Positions 1 to 12,032 of a stretch of DNA of 64,000 bases are shown here, one piece after another (the stretch's first letter is position 1; each line of letters begins with the position of its first letter). The stretch is from positions 32,001-96,000 of the forward strand of contig CAVVTZ010000005.1 in assembly GCA_963751275.1 (NCBI GenBank). Direction: 5' to 3'. The notes below the pieces were generated by a model. That model was not told the DNA's origin, did not search any database, and saw only the letters and a list, made by a program, of their open reading frames with translations. The translations under genes were made by a program, and so were the position numbers. Source of the DNA: an uncultured Gemmatimonadaceae bacterium. GTDB taxonomy: Bacteria; Gemmatimonadota; Gemmatimonadetes; Gemmatimonadales; Gemmatimonadaceae.

Positions 1-360
1 GGCCCGACACCGCGGGCCCGGTCGGACAAGGTGCGAGGAGGAGCTGCCGGAAGTGCGCGAGCACCTGGCCGCCATCCGCCGGCGCAGCGCAGCGACGGCG
101 TGGACGCGTCGCCGGTGTCGACGACGCGCATCGCGCGCTGGAGTTGGAGATCGGCGACCTGCTCTTCGCCGTGCGTGAACCTGTGCGCGCAAGGCCGGCG
201 TCCACGCGGCCGTCGCGCTCGACCGGGCGAACGAGAAGTTCGTGGCGACGATTCGAGGCGGTCGAAGCCCTGGCCGCCAGCGCGGGCCTCGCGATCGGCG
301 AAGGCGGATCTCGCGGAGCTCGATGCGCTGTGGGACGAGGTGAAGCGCAGCGGATACGGC
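1..360 (+). CDS. mazG: 3' part of a MazG-family nucleoside triphosphate pyrophosphohydrolase (partial, frameshifted)
   Basis: Pieces across frames read [24 protein letters not shown] and [15 protein letters not shown], typical of the MazG C-terminal domain. The end is approximate. Confidence 0.65.
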
Positions 361-480
361 GGGAGCCGGTTGGCGGAACCGGTGAGGCACGACAACGCAT
401 GGTGTACGACTGGCGGCGTGTCGTCACCAAGCGTTGTCATGCCGCACCGGTTCCCGGCGATCGATTCCCGGCTCTGCAGT

Positions 481-1801
<1,321 letters not shown>

Positions 1802-1813
1802 AGAGGGACGGGC

Positions 1814-1842
1814 AAGCTAATCCTCCGCGAGGGAGAGTTCAA
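1814..1842 (-). promoter_or_regulatory. Sigma70-type promoter of asnS (TTGAAC-N17-TAGCTT)
   Basis: -35 at 1837-1842, -10 at 1814-1819, 17-nt spacer, 12 nt upstream of the ATG. Confidence 0.55.
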
Positions 1843-1898
1843 CGTTTTCGAGGTTCGTCGCTTGGTCTGGATCCTCTTGGCACGGTATGGTCACTGCC

Positions 1899-2099
1899 AC
1901 TGCTTCCACGCGGATGGCGCGGAGTACGCTGATTACGCGGATCGATCCAGACCGCTCAGTAGGCCAGCGAGTGCGGCGCGAAATGCCGGATCCGTTGCGA
2001 ACAACACGAGCCTGAGCTCGCTCCGTCGCGATTGACGCCGTGCTGCGCTTCGATCGAACCGCGTGATCCGCGTCTCCGCGCAATCCGCGTGGAAGCAGT
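1899..2099. repeat. Long imperfect inverted repeat (REP/MITE-like) between recG and asnS
   Basis: Arms 1899-1947 and 2052-2099. The outer 17 bp are perfect (ACTGCTTCCACGCGGAT), with 4 mismatches and 1 indel overall. Confidence 0.8.
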
Positions 2100-2131
2100 T
2101 GTTGTGAATGCTGCCGGCCACTCTGACGGGC

Positions 2132-4225
2132 TCACCCGACCCGGAACAACTCGATCGCCCTCGCATAACGCTCGCCGAGGCGGCGGCGGAGTTCGGCGTG
2201 CTCGGGGGCGCGCAATTCGGGATCCGTCGCGAGAAGCTCGGACGCGGCCGACATCGCCAGGGCGTTCAGCTCCACGTCGCGCATCGGGTCGGCCACCTTG
2301 AACATCGCTTCGCCGTGCTGGCGCTCGCCGAAGAGGTCGCCCATCCCGCGGCGGCGCAGGTCCTCTCGCGCGATCTCGAAGCCGTCGTCCGTCTCGACGA
2401 ATACCTTCAGCCGTTCGTGCACGTCAGGGCTCACATCGCCGAGCAGGACGCACCAACTCGCTTCGGCGCCGCGCCCCACGCGGCCGCGCAGCTGGTGGAG
2501 CTGTGAGAGCCCGAAGCGCTCGGGGTGCTCCACGAGCATCACCGAGGCGTTCGGCACGTCGATGCCGACCTCGATCACCGTCGTAGCGACGAGCACGTCG
2601 ATCGTCCCGTCGCGGAATTGCCGCATGATCGCGTCGCGCTCCGCCGCCGGGATCTTGCCGTGCAGCAGCGCCACGCGGCGCGAGGCGAAGGGGCCGGCCG
2701 CCAAAGTCTTCGCCATCGTGGTGGCGGCCTTCAGATCGCGCGTCTCCGATTCCTCGATCACCGGGTAGACCACGTACGCTTGCCGCCCGCGCCCGATCTC
2801 CGCGTCGATGAATTCCAGCACGGCGCCGCGCGCTTTGCCGGGGCGCATCGCCGTGCGCACCGGCTGGCGTCCGGGCGGCCGCTCGTCCAGCGTGCTCACG
2901 TCGAGGTCGCCGTACACCGTGAGCGCGAGCGAGCGCGGGATGGGCGTCGCGCTCAGCAGCAGCACGTCGGGACGCGCGCCCTTCTCGCCGAGCGCGGCGC
3001 GCTGCTCCACGCCGAAGCGGTGCTGCTCGTCGATCACCGCGAGGCCCAGGCGGCCGAAGGCGGTGCCCTGCTGCACGAGCGCGTGCGTGCCCACCGCGAC
3101 GAGCGGCGCCGCGCTCGCCAGCCTCGTTTCCGCCTCGCGCCGCTCCTTCGCCGCGAGCGAGCCGGTGAGCAGCACCGGCTGCATCCCCAGCGGCTCCAGC
3201 AGCCGCGCGAACGTGCGCGCGTGCTGCTCGGCGAGCAGTTCCGTGGGCGCCATGAACGCCGCCTGCCACCCGTTCTCCACCGCGAGCAGCGCGGCGAAGA
3301 GCGCGACGATCGTCTTGCCGCTCCCCACGTCGCCCTGCAGCAGGCGGTGCATCCGCCGCCCGCTGCACATGTCCGCCACGATCTCGCGCGTGACGCGCGT
3401 CTGCGCACCGGTCAACGCGAAGGGGAGCGACTCCTTCAGCCGCGTCGTGAGATCGCGCCGGTTCACGAACGTGATGCCATGCCGCTCCTCGCGCGCGAGC
3501 TCCTTGGCGCGATGATGCAGCAGCTGCACCGCGAACAGTTCTTCGAACGCGAAGCGGCTGCGCCCGCGATGCGCCTCGGCCACCGACGCCGGCCGGTGCA
3601 CCATGCGGAGCGCCTCGGGCAGCGCGGGCACGCCCGCGGCGCGCAGCAGGTCCGCGGGCAGCCACTCGCGCGCGAGCGGCAGCAGCGCGTCGAGATGCGT
3701 CTCGATGAGCGTGCGGATCTGCTTGAACGAGAGCCCTTCGGTGGCCGGATACACGGCGAGCACTCGGCCCCCGCTCGTCCCCTCGGAATTCGCGCCGAGG
3801 TTCACGAACTCGCGCGGCGCGAGCTGGCGCCCGTGATAGAAACGCACCGGCCCCGTGAGCAGCAGCACGTCGTCCTTCTGGATCACGCGGTCGAGGAAAG
3901 GCTGCCCCGGCCACGCCACCTCGATCATCCCGCTCTCGTCGCGCACCACCGCCTGGAAGACGCGCAGCGCCTTGCGCGTGGGGATGATCCCCTTGGAGAT
4001 CACCGTGCCGATGACGGTGACATCCATGCCGGTGGCGAGGCGCGCGATCGGCGTGACGGTGGTCGCGTCCTCATAGCGGTGCGGCAAGTGGTAGAGCAGA
4101 TCGCCGGCGGTGCGCAGGCCGAGCCGCATCAACTGGCCCGCGCGCACTTCGCCCACGCCTTTCAGGTAGCGGACGCCCGTGTCGAGGGCGAGCGCGGGAC
4201 GCGGCGCGGCCGGACCCGGGGCCAT
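2132..4225 (-). CDS. recG: ATP-dependent DNA helicase RecG
   Basis: YLKGVG wedge N-terminus, RLLQGDVGSGKT, DEQHRFGVEQR, SATPIPR, QLHQLRGRVGRG. The ATG overlaps the ftsY stop. Confidence 0.95.
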   Translation of the reverse strand: MAPGPAAPRPALALDTGVRYLKGVGEVRAGQLMRLGLRTAGDLLYHLPHRYEDATTVTPIARLATGMDVTVIGTVISKGIIPTRKALRVFQAVVRDESGMIEVAWPGQPFLDRVIQKDDVLLLTGPVRFYHGRQLAPREFVNLGANSEGTSGGRVLAVYPATEGLSFKQIRTLIETHLDALLPLAREWLPADLLRAAGVPALPEALRMVHRPASVAEAHRGRSRFAFEELFAVQLLHHRAKELAREERHGITFVNRRDLTTRLKESLPFALTGAQTRVTREIVADMCSGRRMHRLLQGDVGSGKTIVALFAALLAVENGWQAAFMAPTELLAEQHARTFARLLEPLGMQPVLLTGSLAAKERREAETRLASAAPLVAVGTHALVQQGTAFGRLGLAVIDEQHRFGVEQRAALGEKGARPDVLLLSATPIPRSLALTVYGDLDVSTLDERPPGRQPVRTAMRPGKARGAVLEFIDAEIGRGRQAYVVYPVIEESETRDLKAATTMAKTLAAGPFASRRVALLHGKIPAAERDAIMRQFRDGTIDVLVATTVIEVGIDVPNASVMLVEHPERFGLSQLHQLRGRVGRGAEASWCVLLGDVSPDVHERLKVFVETDDGFEIAREDLRRRGMGDLFGERQHGEAMFKVADPMRDVELNALAMSAASELLATDPELRAPEHAELRRRLGERYARAIELFRVG

Positions 4226-5160
4226 CAGTCGGCGCGCACGAGCTCCGCGGCGTAGCGCGCGGCGTCGAACGGCTCGAGGTCCGGCGCCTGCTCGCCCACG
4301 CCCACGAACTTCACCGGCACGTCGAGCGCCTCGTGCACCGCGAGCACAATGCCGCCGCGCGCGGTGCCGTCCATCTTCGTCACGACGACGCCCGTCACCG
4401 GCACCGCCTCGGCGAACGCCTTCGCCTGCGCCACCGCGTTCTGGCCGATCGTGCCGTCGAGCACGAGCAACGTCTCGTGCGGCGCCCCCGGCAGCCGCTT
4501 CGCCACCACCGTCGCGACCTTCTTGAGCTCCACCATGAGATCGCTCTGCGTGTGCAGGCGGCCGGCGGTGTCGATGATCACCACATCGATCGCGCGCGCC
4601 GTCGCCGCGTCGAGCGCGGCCCACGCCACCGCCGCCGGATCGCCGCCCGGCGTGCTGCCGACGAATTGCGCGCCCGTGCGCTCCGCCCACAGGCGCAGCT
4701 GGTCGATCGCGCCCGCGCGGTACGTGTCCCCCGCCGCCACGAGCACCGACTTCCCTTCGGCCGCGAAGCGCGCCGCGAGCTTGCCGATGAACGTCGTCTT
4801 CCCCGAGCCGTTCACGCCGACGATGAGCACCACGGTGGGCCCCGACGCCGCCGCGTGCAGCGACGGATCACTCCTCCCCGCGCGCAGCGCGCGTTCGATC
4901 ACCTCGCCGAGCGCCGCGCGGAACTCCTCGTCCGCCTTGATCTCGCCGCGTTTGGCGCGCGCCTCCACCTCGGCCACGAGCCGCAGACTCACGGGCACGC
5001 CGAAATCCGCCTCGAGCAGCAGCATCTCGAGCAGTTCGAGCGAACCCGCGATCCGCTCCCCGCGCACGAGCGCCCCCACGTCCAGGCGCGCCGTGTCCTT
5101 CAGGCGTTGCCAGAGCGATCGGGTCGGTAGGTCGCCGGCTCGGCGCTGGATACGGGGCAA
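4225..5160 (-). CDS. ftsY: Signal recognition particle receptor FtsY
   Basis: GVNGSGKTT, DTYRAGA, DTAGRL, TKMDGTARGG. TTG start is assumed. Confidence 0.93.
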   Translation of the reverse strand: MPRIQRRAGDLPTRSLWQRLKDTARLDVGALVRGERIAGSLELLEMLLLEADFGVPVSLRLVAEVEARAKRGEIKADEEFRAALGEVIERALRAGRSDPSLHAAASGPTVVLIVGVNGSGKTTFIGKLAARFAAEGKSVLVAAGDTYRAGAIDQLRLWAERTGAQFVGSTPGGDPAAVAWAALDAATARAIDVVIIDTAGRLHTQSDLMVELKKVATVVAKRLPGAPHETLLVLDGTIGQNAVAQAKAFAEAVPVTGVVVTKMDGTARGGIVLAVHEALDVPVKFVGVGEQAPDLEPFDAARYAAELVRAD

Positions 5161-5180
5161 GGTGGTCCGCGGGGTGAGAG

Positions 5181-6997
5181 TCAACGCAGCCCGGCGCGCC
5201 GCCGGAGGAGCCATTCGGAACAGAGTGCCGCGATCGCGACCAGGTACGGCCATCCCCGGTCGCGCAGCGGCGGCGCATCGCCCGGTGCGGGCGCGCTGCC
5301 CACGCCGGTACTACCCCCCTGCATCGCCGAAGTGCGCGGCAGCCATTCGCGCAATGCGTTCACCGCGATCACCGACGCGCCGCCCGGCGCCGACACATCG
5401 AACACGCCTTCGTCGAGCGGCGCACTCTCGGCGAACAACGCGCCGCCCGTGAAATGGAGCGTGAGCGTGTCCGCTCGCGCCGCGCCGCGCCGACGCACCA
5501 CCACCGTCACGTCCGGCGACTTCCCGCTCCCGCCCCGCCGCCACCGCACCGGCGCGCCGGCCCGGAGCAATCCGTTCACCGGCGCCGCGGCGCGCGGATC
5601 GCGCCGCTCGGCCGCGAGCCAATCCAATATACCGCCCCAGAGGGCATCGTACGCCGCCGCGCTCGCGCCGCCGCGGAACTTCCAGCGCCAGCTGCCCGGC
5701 GCACCGGACACGACCACGCGCCGGCCCCGCTCGGATCCCGCGATCGCCGGCCGCACGTCGTACCGCCGCGCGCGCGCAATGCCGAGCGCGTCCCATTCTC
5801 CCGACGGCGCCACATCCAATGCGGCGAGCGGCGGCAGACTGTCCCACGGGACGCCGGCGAGCGCGGCCGACACGGGCGACGCCGGCGCCGACACCGCGTA
5901 CCACTCGCCGGGCGCGGCGTCTCCTTCGGGCATGAGCAGCAGCGCACCGGTGGACGCCGCGCGCGGCGCGCCGAGGATCGCCGTGTCGCCGTGGATGATC
6001 GCGAGCGGCGCGGCGCGGAGCGCAGCACGCACTTCGGATTCCGCGACGGGCGCGAGCGTCCCTTCGCGCCGCCACGCGCCCGGCGCCACGCGGTAGAAGC
6101 CGCGCGCCGGCAGCGCGAGGGCGCCGCGCAGCACCGGCACGAGATAGCGGATCTCCTCGTCGGGCGCGGACGAGATGAACACCGCCCCCTCGGCGCGCGC
6201 CACGTCGAGCGTCACCACCGCGCTGTCGTTGCGCGGCTCGACGTCGCCCGCGGCGGCGACGCGCGCCGTGAGCAGCGCGGTGCCCGGCACCAGCGGCGCC
6301 GCGGCACGCACGGTGACGACTTCCTCGCCGTGTGCGGCCAGCGGAGCGGTCACGCGTGTCGCGAGCACGCGATCGCCGGCGCGCACCGTGACCGTGGCCG
6401 CCGGCACCGGCGCACCGCCGGCGCGCACCGTGATGCGCATCGCGATCGTGTCCCCGGCCACCGCGCCGGCCGGACTCTCGATCTCCGCCACCGCGGCATC
6501 GGGCGCTGCCCGGCGCGGCAGCATCTCCACGCGCGAATGCGCCGGCAGCGCGCCGAGCGTCGACGCATCGTCCAGCTCGCCGTCGGTGATGAGCACGAGC
6601 GGACGCCCGGCGGCGCGCGCGCGAATGACGGCGCCGAGCGCGCGCGTGGCCGCGTCGGCCGGCACGGAAGGCGGCGGCGCGGCGCGCAGCGAATCGCCGA
6701 AGAGCCAGAGCGTGTCGGGATGGAGCTCGCGCACGCGGGCCAGCGCCGCGCGCCACAGGGCGCTGTCGCCGCGTCGCAGGCTCGCCGAGACGTCGAGCGC
6801 CACGAGCGGATCGGGGCCGCGCGCCGGGCGCGCGCTCGCGCCCGCGACGAGCGCGAGCACGAGCGTGAGCGCGAGCGCCCGCAGCAGGATGGGCAGCGCG
6901 GCGGCCGGCGCCGCGCGAACGCCCGCGAGGAATGGCCGCGATACGAGAGGAGCGCGAGCGCGATTCCCGCCAGCGCGGAAAGAGCCCAGACGAGCAT
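5181..6997 (-). CDS. Membrane-anchored vWA-like / Ig-like protein (one frameshift near 6900)
   Basis: N-terminal TM segments, DVSAS (DxSxS) and LVLITDGE MIDAS-like motifs, CARDB-like PRNDSAVVTL, C-terminal TM ending EWLLRRRAGLR. Confidence 0.6.
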
Positions 6998-7050
6998 GGG
7001 GAGAAGCTACCCTGCGGGCGCGACGGCCGTTCCCGGCCGCCGCGCGGTGC

Positions 7051-8256
7051 TCAGTCCATCTGCCGGCGAATGAACGTCGGGATCTCCATGTCGTTCACGT
7101 CGGGCGCCTTGTCCGGCGACGACAGCGATTGCGGCGCTGCGGGTCCCGTGCCGGTGCGGCGCTGCGGTTCCACCGCCGGCCGCGCACCCGACGTGCCCGA
7201 CGCGCCCATCGTGCCCGTGCGCGACTGCGGACGCGGGAACGGGATGACCGGCGTCTGGCCGCCGCGCATGCCCGTCTCGGACGGCGCCGCATCCATCGAG
7301 CGGTCGAAGCCCGTCGCGATCACCGTGACGCGGATCTCCCCCTGCATCGCCGGCTCGTTCACCGCGCCGAAGATGATCTCGGCGTCGTCGCCCACGGCGT
7401 CGTGGATGATCTCGTTCACCTGGTGCACTTCGCCCAGCGTGAGGTCGGTGCCGCCGGTGATGTTCACCAGCACGCCGGTCGCGCCGGCGATCGACACGTT
7501 GTCGAGCAGCGGCGACGAGATCGCCTGCTGCGCCGCTTCCATCGCGCGGTTCTCGCCGCGGCCGATGCCCGTGCCCATGAGCGCCGAGCCGCCGTTCGCC
7601 ATCACCGTGCGCACATCCGCGAAGTCCACGTTCACGAGGCCGATCACGCTGATCAGGCTCGAGATACCCTGCGTCGCGTGGAGCAGCACTTCGTCGGCCT
7701 TCTTGAGCGCGTCGCCGATCGGGATCCCCTTCCCCACCACCGCGAGCAGCCGCTCGTTCGGCACGACGATCATCGCATCGACGAGACCGCGCATGTCGGC
7801 GATGCCCATTTCGGCCTGGCGCATCCGCTTCCGCCCCTCGAAGAGGAACGGCTTGGTGACGATGCCGATCGTGAGCGCGCCGCAGGACTTCGCGATCTCG
7901 CAGATCACCGGCGCCGCGCCGGTGCCCGTGCCGCCGCCCATGCCGCACGTGACGAAGACGAGGTCCGCGTCCTGCAGCATGCGCTCCATCTCGTCGCGGT
8001 TCTCTTCGATCGCCTGGCGGCCGATCTCGGGCCGCGCGCCGGCGCCGAGTCCGCGCGTCAGCTTCTTCCCGATCTGGAGCTTGACGTCGGATTTCGAAGC
8101 GAGCAGCGCCTGCGCGTCGGTGTTGACGGAGATGAACTCGACGCCGGTGAGATGCTCCTCGATCATTCGGTTCACGGCATTGCCACCGCCGCCACCGACG
8201 CCCACGACCTTCATGCGGGCGTTCTGCGAGGTGTTCTCTTCGAACTCGAAGGGCAT
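7051..8256 (-). CDS. ftsZ: Cell division protein FtsZ
   Basis: [23 protein letters not shown] tubulin motif, C-terminal [11 protein letters not shown]. Confidence 0.98.
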   Translation of the reverse strand: MPFEFEENTSQNARMKVVGVGGGGGNAVNRMIEEHLTGVEFISVNTDAQALLASKSDVKLQIGKKLTRGLGAGARPEIGRQAIEENRDEMERMLQDADLVFVTCGMGGGTGTGAAPVICEIAKSCGALTIGIVTKPFLFEGRKRMRQAEMGIADMRGLVDAMIVVPNERLLAVVGKGIPIGDALKKADEVLLHATQGISSLISVIGLVNVDFADVRTVMANGGSALMGTGIGRGENRAMEAAQQAISSPLLDNVSIAGATGVLVNITGGTDLTLGEVHQVNEIIHDAVGDDAEIIFGAVNEPAMQGEIRVTVIATGFDRSMDAAPSETGMRGGQTPVIPFPRPQSRTGTMGASGTSGARPAVEPQRRTGTGPAAPQSLSSPDKAPDVNDMEIPTFIRRQMD

Positions 8257-8380
8257 GGCGAGGAGAGCTCCGGAAGTGGAAAACCTCAACGGCCAATGTG
8301 CCAAGGCCGTTTTCGGCACCTACTGGCTCGAGCCTGAACCTGCGCCAATATAACGCTTTCCGCCGCGCAATGACACCCTT

Positions 8381-8551
8381 TGGGGACAAAAATCTTAATT
8401 GTGGATAACTCGGGGTGGAAAGGGGTGGATAGTTGTTTTTGGGCATTCGGAACGACTTTGAACGAAAAAGGCGAAAACGAGCGAATTGCGCCCCGGCGCC
8501 GAACGAGAGCCCCAGAATGGGTGCAGGAGAGCCGAATTGTTGTTAACCACA
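8381..8551. promoter_or_regulatory. Cluster of DnaA-box-like sites upstream of ftsZ
   Basis: Perfect TTATCCACA (minus strand) at 8400-8408. Degenerate boxes at 8381-8389, 8414-8422 and 8424-8432, plus TTAACCACA (+ strand) at 8543-8551. Candidate -10 TATATT at 8347-8352. Confidence 0.6.
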
Positions 8552-8647
8552 AGGACGGGAGCCGAATCGGCTCGCGGCGCTCTGGAGAGTCTCGGAGCGA
8601 ATTCGCCGGTTTTCGCCGAATTCGTTCAAAGTCGTTGCAGGTCTATG

Positions 8648-9913
8648 CTAGAAGAAATCCTGCAGCCAAACCTTGATCCGCTCGACGATCCCGTCCATGG
8701 AGCCCCCCCGCCGTCCCCGCCGGCTGCCGCCGGCGCTCCCGGATACTCCCATCGCCAGCCGCTGGGCGGCGTAGAGCGCCAGCCCCACCACCGTCGCGTA
8801 GCGCGACGACTCGACCGAATCCGCCAGTCCGCCCACGTTGTCCGCCGGGGATCCCACCCGGGCGCCCACGCCGAAACGGTCGCTGGCGAGTTCGGTCACG
8901 CCGTCGATCGCCGCCGCGCCGCCGGTGAGCACGATCCCCGCGCTCAACTTCCCGGCGTAGCCCGCCTGCGCGACCTTCGCATCCACCAGCTCGAAGATCT
9001 CGTCCATGCGCTGGTGGATGATGTGCGCGAGCAGCTCGCGCTTGATCTGCCGGTCGCCCTGCGCGCCGGTGCTCGGCAGCTGGATGATCTCCGGCGAGTG
9101 CGCCCACTTCGGCTCGTACGCACAGCCGAACTTCTCCTTCAGCCGCTCGGCGTCCGTTTGCGTCACGCCGAGTCCGTGCACGATGTCGTTCGTGACGCTG
9201 TTACCGCCGAACGCCACCGTGCCGAGGAAGCGGATCTTCCCGTCCTGGAAGATCGCGAGATCGGTGGTGCCGGCGCCCATCTCCACGAGCGCGACGCCGA
9301 GCTCCTTCTCATCGTCGGTGAGCACGGCGAACGCGCTCGCGAGCGGCTCGAGCACGAGCTCGCGCACGCGGTAGCCCGCGCGCTCCACCGCCTTGCGGAG
9401 GTTCATCGCGGGCGACGCGCCGATCGTCACGAGGTACATGTCCGTCTCGAGCCGCATGCCGATCATGCCGACGGGATCGCGGATCCCCTTCTCCTTGTCC
9501 ACCTGGTATTCCTGCGGCATGGCGTGCAGCAGCTCGCGGTCGGTGGGGATCGGCTGCGCGCGCGCCACCTCGTGCGCGCGTTCGACATCGGCGCGCGTCA
9601 CCTCTTCGCCGTTCACCGCGACCACGCCCTGGCTGGTCATCGCCTGCACGTGCTCGCCCGCGATGCCGGCGTACACGAATTCCACCTCGACGCCGGCCAT
9701 GCGTTCGGCGTCGGTCATCGCCTGCTGGATCGAGCGCGTGGTCTCCTCGATGTCGGACACGACGCCCTTGCGCAGGCCGGCGGTGCGCGCCGAGCCGACG
9801 CCGAGCACGCGGATGCTCGGGTGCTTCGGCAGATCGCCGACCACCTCGGCGATGATCGCCGTCGTCTTCGCGGAGCCAATGTCGAGCCCGGCGACCAATC
9901 GTTCAGGGTTCAT
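8648..9913 (-). CDS. ftsA: Cell division protein FtsA
   Basis: GLDIGSAK, EMGAGTTD, GIVLTGG, C-terminal amphipathic KVWLQDFF. Confidence 0.97.
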   Translation of the reverse strand: MNPERLVAGLDIGSAKTTAIIAEVVGDLPKHPSIRVLGVGSARTAGLRKGVVSDIEETTRSIQQAMTDAERMAGVEVEFVYAGIAGEHVQAMTSQGVVAVNGEEVTRADVERAHEVARAQPIPTDRELLHAMPQEYQVDKEKGIRDPVGMIGMRLETDMYLVTIGASPAMNLRKAVERAGYRVRELVLEPLASAFAVLTDDEKELGVALVEMGAGTTDLAIFQDGKIRFLGTVAFGGNSVTNDIVHGLGVTQTDAERLKEKFGCAYEPKWAHSPEIIQLPSTGAQGDRQIKRELLAHIIHQRMDEIFELVDAKVAQAGYAGKLSAGIVLTGGAAAIDGVTELASDRFGVGARVGSPADNVGGLADSVESSRYATVVGLALYAAQRLAMGVSGSAGGSRRGRRGGSMDGIVERIKVWLQDFF

Positions 9914-10615
9914 TGGAGTCGGGCGATGACCTGGTCACGGAAGCGGAGATCGAGCTCGGCCGGATGCGCGCCGCGGCGCGCGAGGTCCTGCTCGACGGGA
10001 ATGATATCCGAGAGACGGCTGGCGGTGACGTTCGGTTTCGCGCGCACGATGACGCCGTTCACCGCGAGCGTGATCTCGCCCGGCGACGCGCGGCGCGCGG
10101 CGCTGATCCGGTCGAAGAGCGCGGGGCTCGCCGCGCGCACGTCGGCGAGCAGGCGCACGAGCGCCGTGTCGAGATGCTCGAGCACGGGCAGATCCACCGC
10201 GACGCGGCTCGGATCGAGCGGCAAGAGACGGCCGTCGGCGTCGGCGGCCTGCAATCCCGAGGCCGACGGGACGAAGGCCACCGGCGAGCGTTCGCTCACC
10301 TGCACGACGAGCGTGCCGGGGAGTTTGCGCGAGATCGTCACGGCGCGCACGCCGGCGAGCGATGCGAGGCGCCGCTCGAGCGGACGGGTGTCGTCCCAGA
10401 CGCTGGCCGTGCTGTCGAGCCGGAGTCGCCGGTACGATGTCATCGGCTTGAATGTAATGCGTGCCGTTCACTTCCACCCGCCGCACCCGGAAGAAGGCGA
10501 GGTGCCTGAGGAGCGGCGGCGACCACCAGGGCGCCAGGAAGAGCGCGAGCGCGGCCACCGCGGCGGCGATCGCGCGCCACGGGATGCGCTTCGGCTCCGC
10601 CGCGGCGCGCGCCAT
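9910..10615 (-). CDS. ftsQ: Cell division protein FtsQ/DivIB (one frameshift near 10435)
   Basis: TM helix, FFRVRRVEVNG POTRA start, RKLPGTLVVQVSER, ELDLRFRDQVI. Lies between murC and ftsA. Confidence 0.85.
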
Positions 10616-11995
10616 TACGCCGCGGCCTTGAGCTGCGCGAGCAGCTCCGGCCCAGTGCGCGTGATGTCGCCGGCGCCGAGCGTGATCACCACGTCCCCTT
10701 CCCGCACGGCGGCGGTGAGCGCGGCCGCGAGCTGCTTGCGGTCGCCGCGCCACGCGAGCGGCGCGCCGGCGTCGCGCAGCGCGCGCACGATCAGCTCCGA
10801 CGAGACGCCGGCGATCGGCTGCTCGCGCGCCGGATAGATCTCGGTGAGGAAGATGGCGTCGGCCGTCGCCAGCGCCGCGCCGAACTCCGCGGCGAAATCG
10901 CGCGTGCGCGTGAAGAGGTGCGGCTGGAAGGCCGCGACGAGCCGCCGCCCCGGGAACGCGGCGCGCGCCGCCGCGAGCGTGGCGCGGATCTCGGTGGGAT
11001 GGTGCGCGTAGTCATCCACGATCGTCACGCCGCGCGCCGTCGCCCAGCCGCTGGAAGCGGCGCTCGACGCCGGTGAAATTCCCCAGCCCTGCGGCCAGGC
11101 GCGCCGCGTCGGCGCCGAGTGCGAGGCCCGAGGCGAGCGCGGCAAGCGCGTTGAGCACGTTGTGCACGCCGGGCACCTGCAGCGTCACCACCGGCAGCAC
11201 CTTGCCGTCGAACACCGGCGTCGAACGCGCGTCCCACCGTTCACCGGGCGTACGTCTCGCGCGACGAGGCGCGCATCCGGACTCGCAATGCCGTAGCGGA
11301 TCACCTGCGCCCCGGTCGCGGCGGGCACGGCGTTCGCGCCGGCATCGTCGCCGCACTGGATGCAGCGTGACCGCGTGCGACGCGAACTCGGCGAACGCGG
11401 CGCGGATCTCGTTCAGGTCGCGGTAGATGTCGAGATGATCCGCTTCGACGTTCGTGATCACCGCGATCTCGCAGCTGAGCGCGAGGAAGGAACGGTCATA
11501 TTCATCGGCCTCGACCACGAACAGTGCGTCGCCGCCGGCGCTGAGATTCCCCTGCCACGCGCCCACGCGGCCGCCCGCGACGCCGGTCGGGTTGAGCCCC
11601 GCGGCAGCGAGCGCTTCGGTGGTCATGACCGTGGTGGTCGTCTTACCGTGCGTGCCCGCGATGCCGATCACGTAGCTGCCCGACACCGCTTCGGCGAGCG
11701 CCTCGGCGCGGCGGATCACCGGGATGCCGAGCGCGCGCCCGCGCGCGAGCTCCGGATGATCGTGCGGCATGGCCGAGGTCACGATGAGCGCGCGCGAGGC
11801 GTCGGCGTGCGCGGCGTCATGGCCGGTGTGCACGGGAACGCCGAGGCGGTCGAGGTCCGGGCTGCCGCCCGCGGCGTCGCAGCCGGTGACGCGGGCGCCG
11901 CGGCGGGCGAAGAGTTCGGCCAGCGCGCTCATGCCCGCGCCGGCCGCCCCCACGAAGTGAATGGGGCGCGGATCGGAAGAATCGAGGAGTGACAT
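10615..11995 (-). CDS. murC: UDP-N-acetylmuramate--L-alanine ligase (frameshifted)
   Basis: IHFVGAAGAGMSALA, GTHGKTTT, VEADEYDRSFL, DDYAHHPTEI, FQPHLFTRT. Confidence 0.93.
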
Positions 11996-12032
11996 TCGGC
12001 GCTGCGAATATACGGCGCGCGCGCGGCTTACC

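Noticed and set aside
2132..4690. Long N-terminal extensions on RecG, MurG, FolP, the peptidase and DUF2723 in the ORF track
   Set aside because: They are read-through into alternative frames of the upstream genes. The true starts overlap or lie near the upstream stop codons.
8257..8647. ftsA-ftsZ spacer as the replication origin
   Set aside because: Only one perfect box, no obvious extended AT-rich unwinding element, and no origin-type gene context. Kept only as a regulatory candidate.
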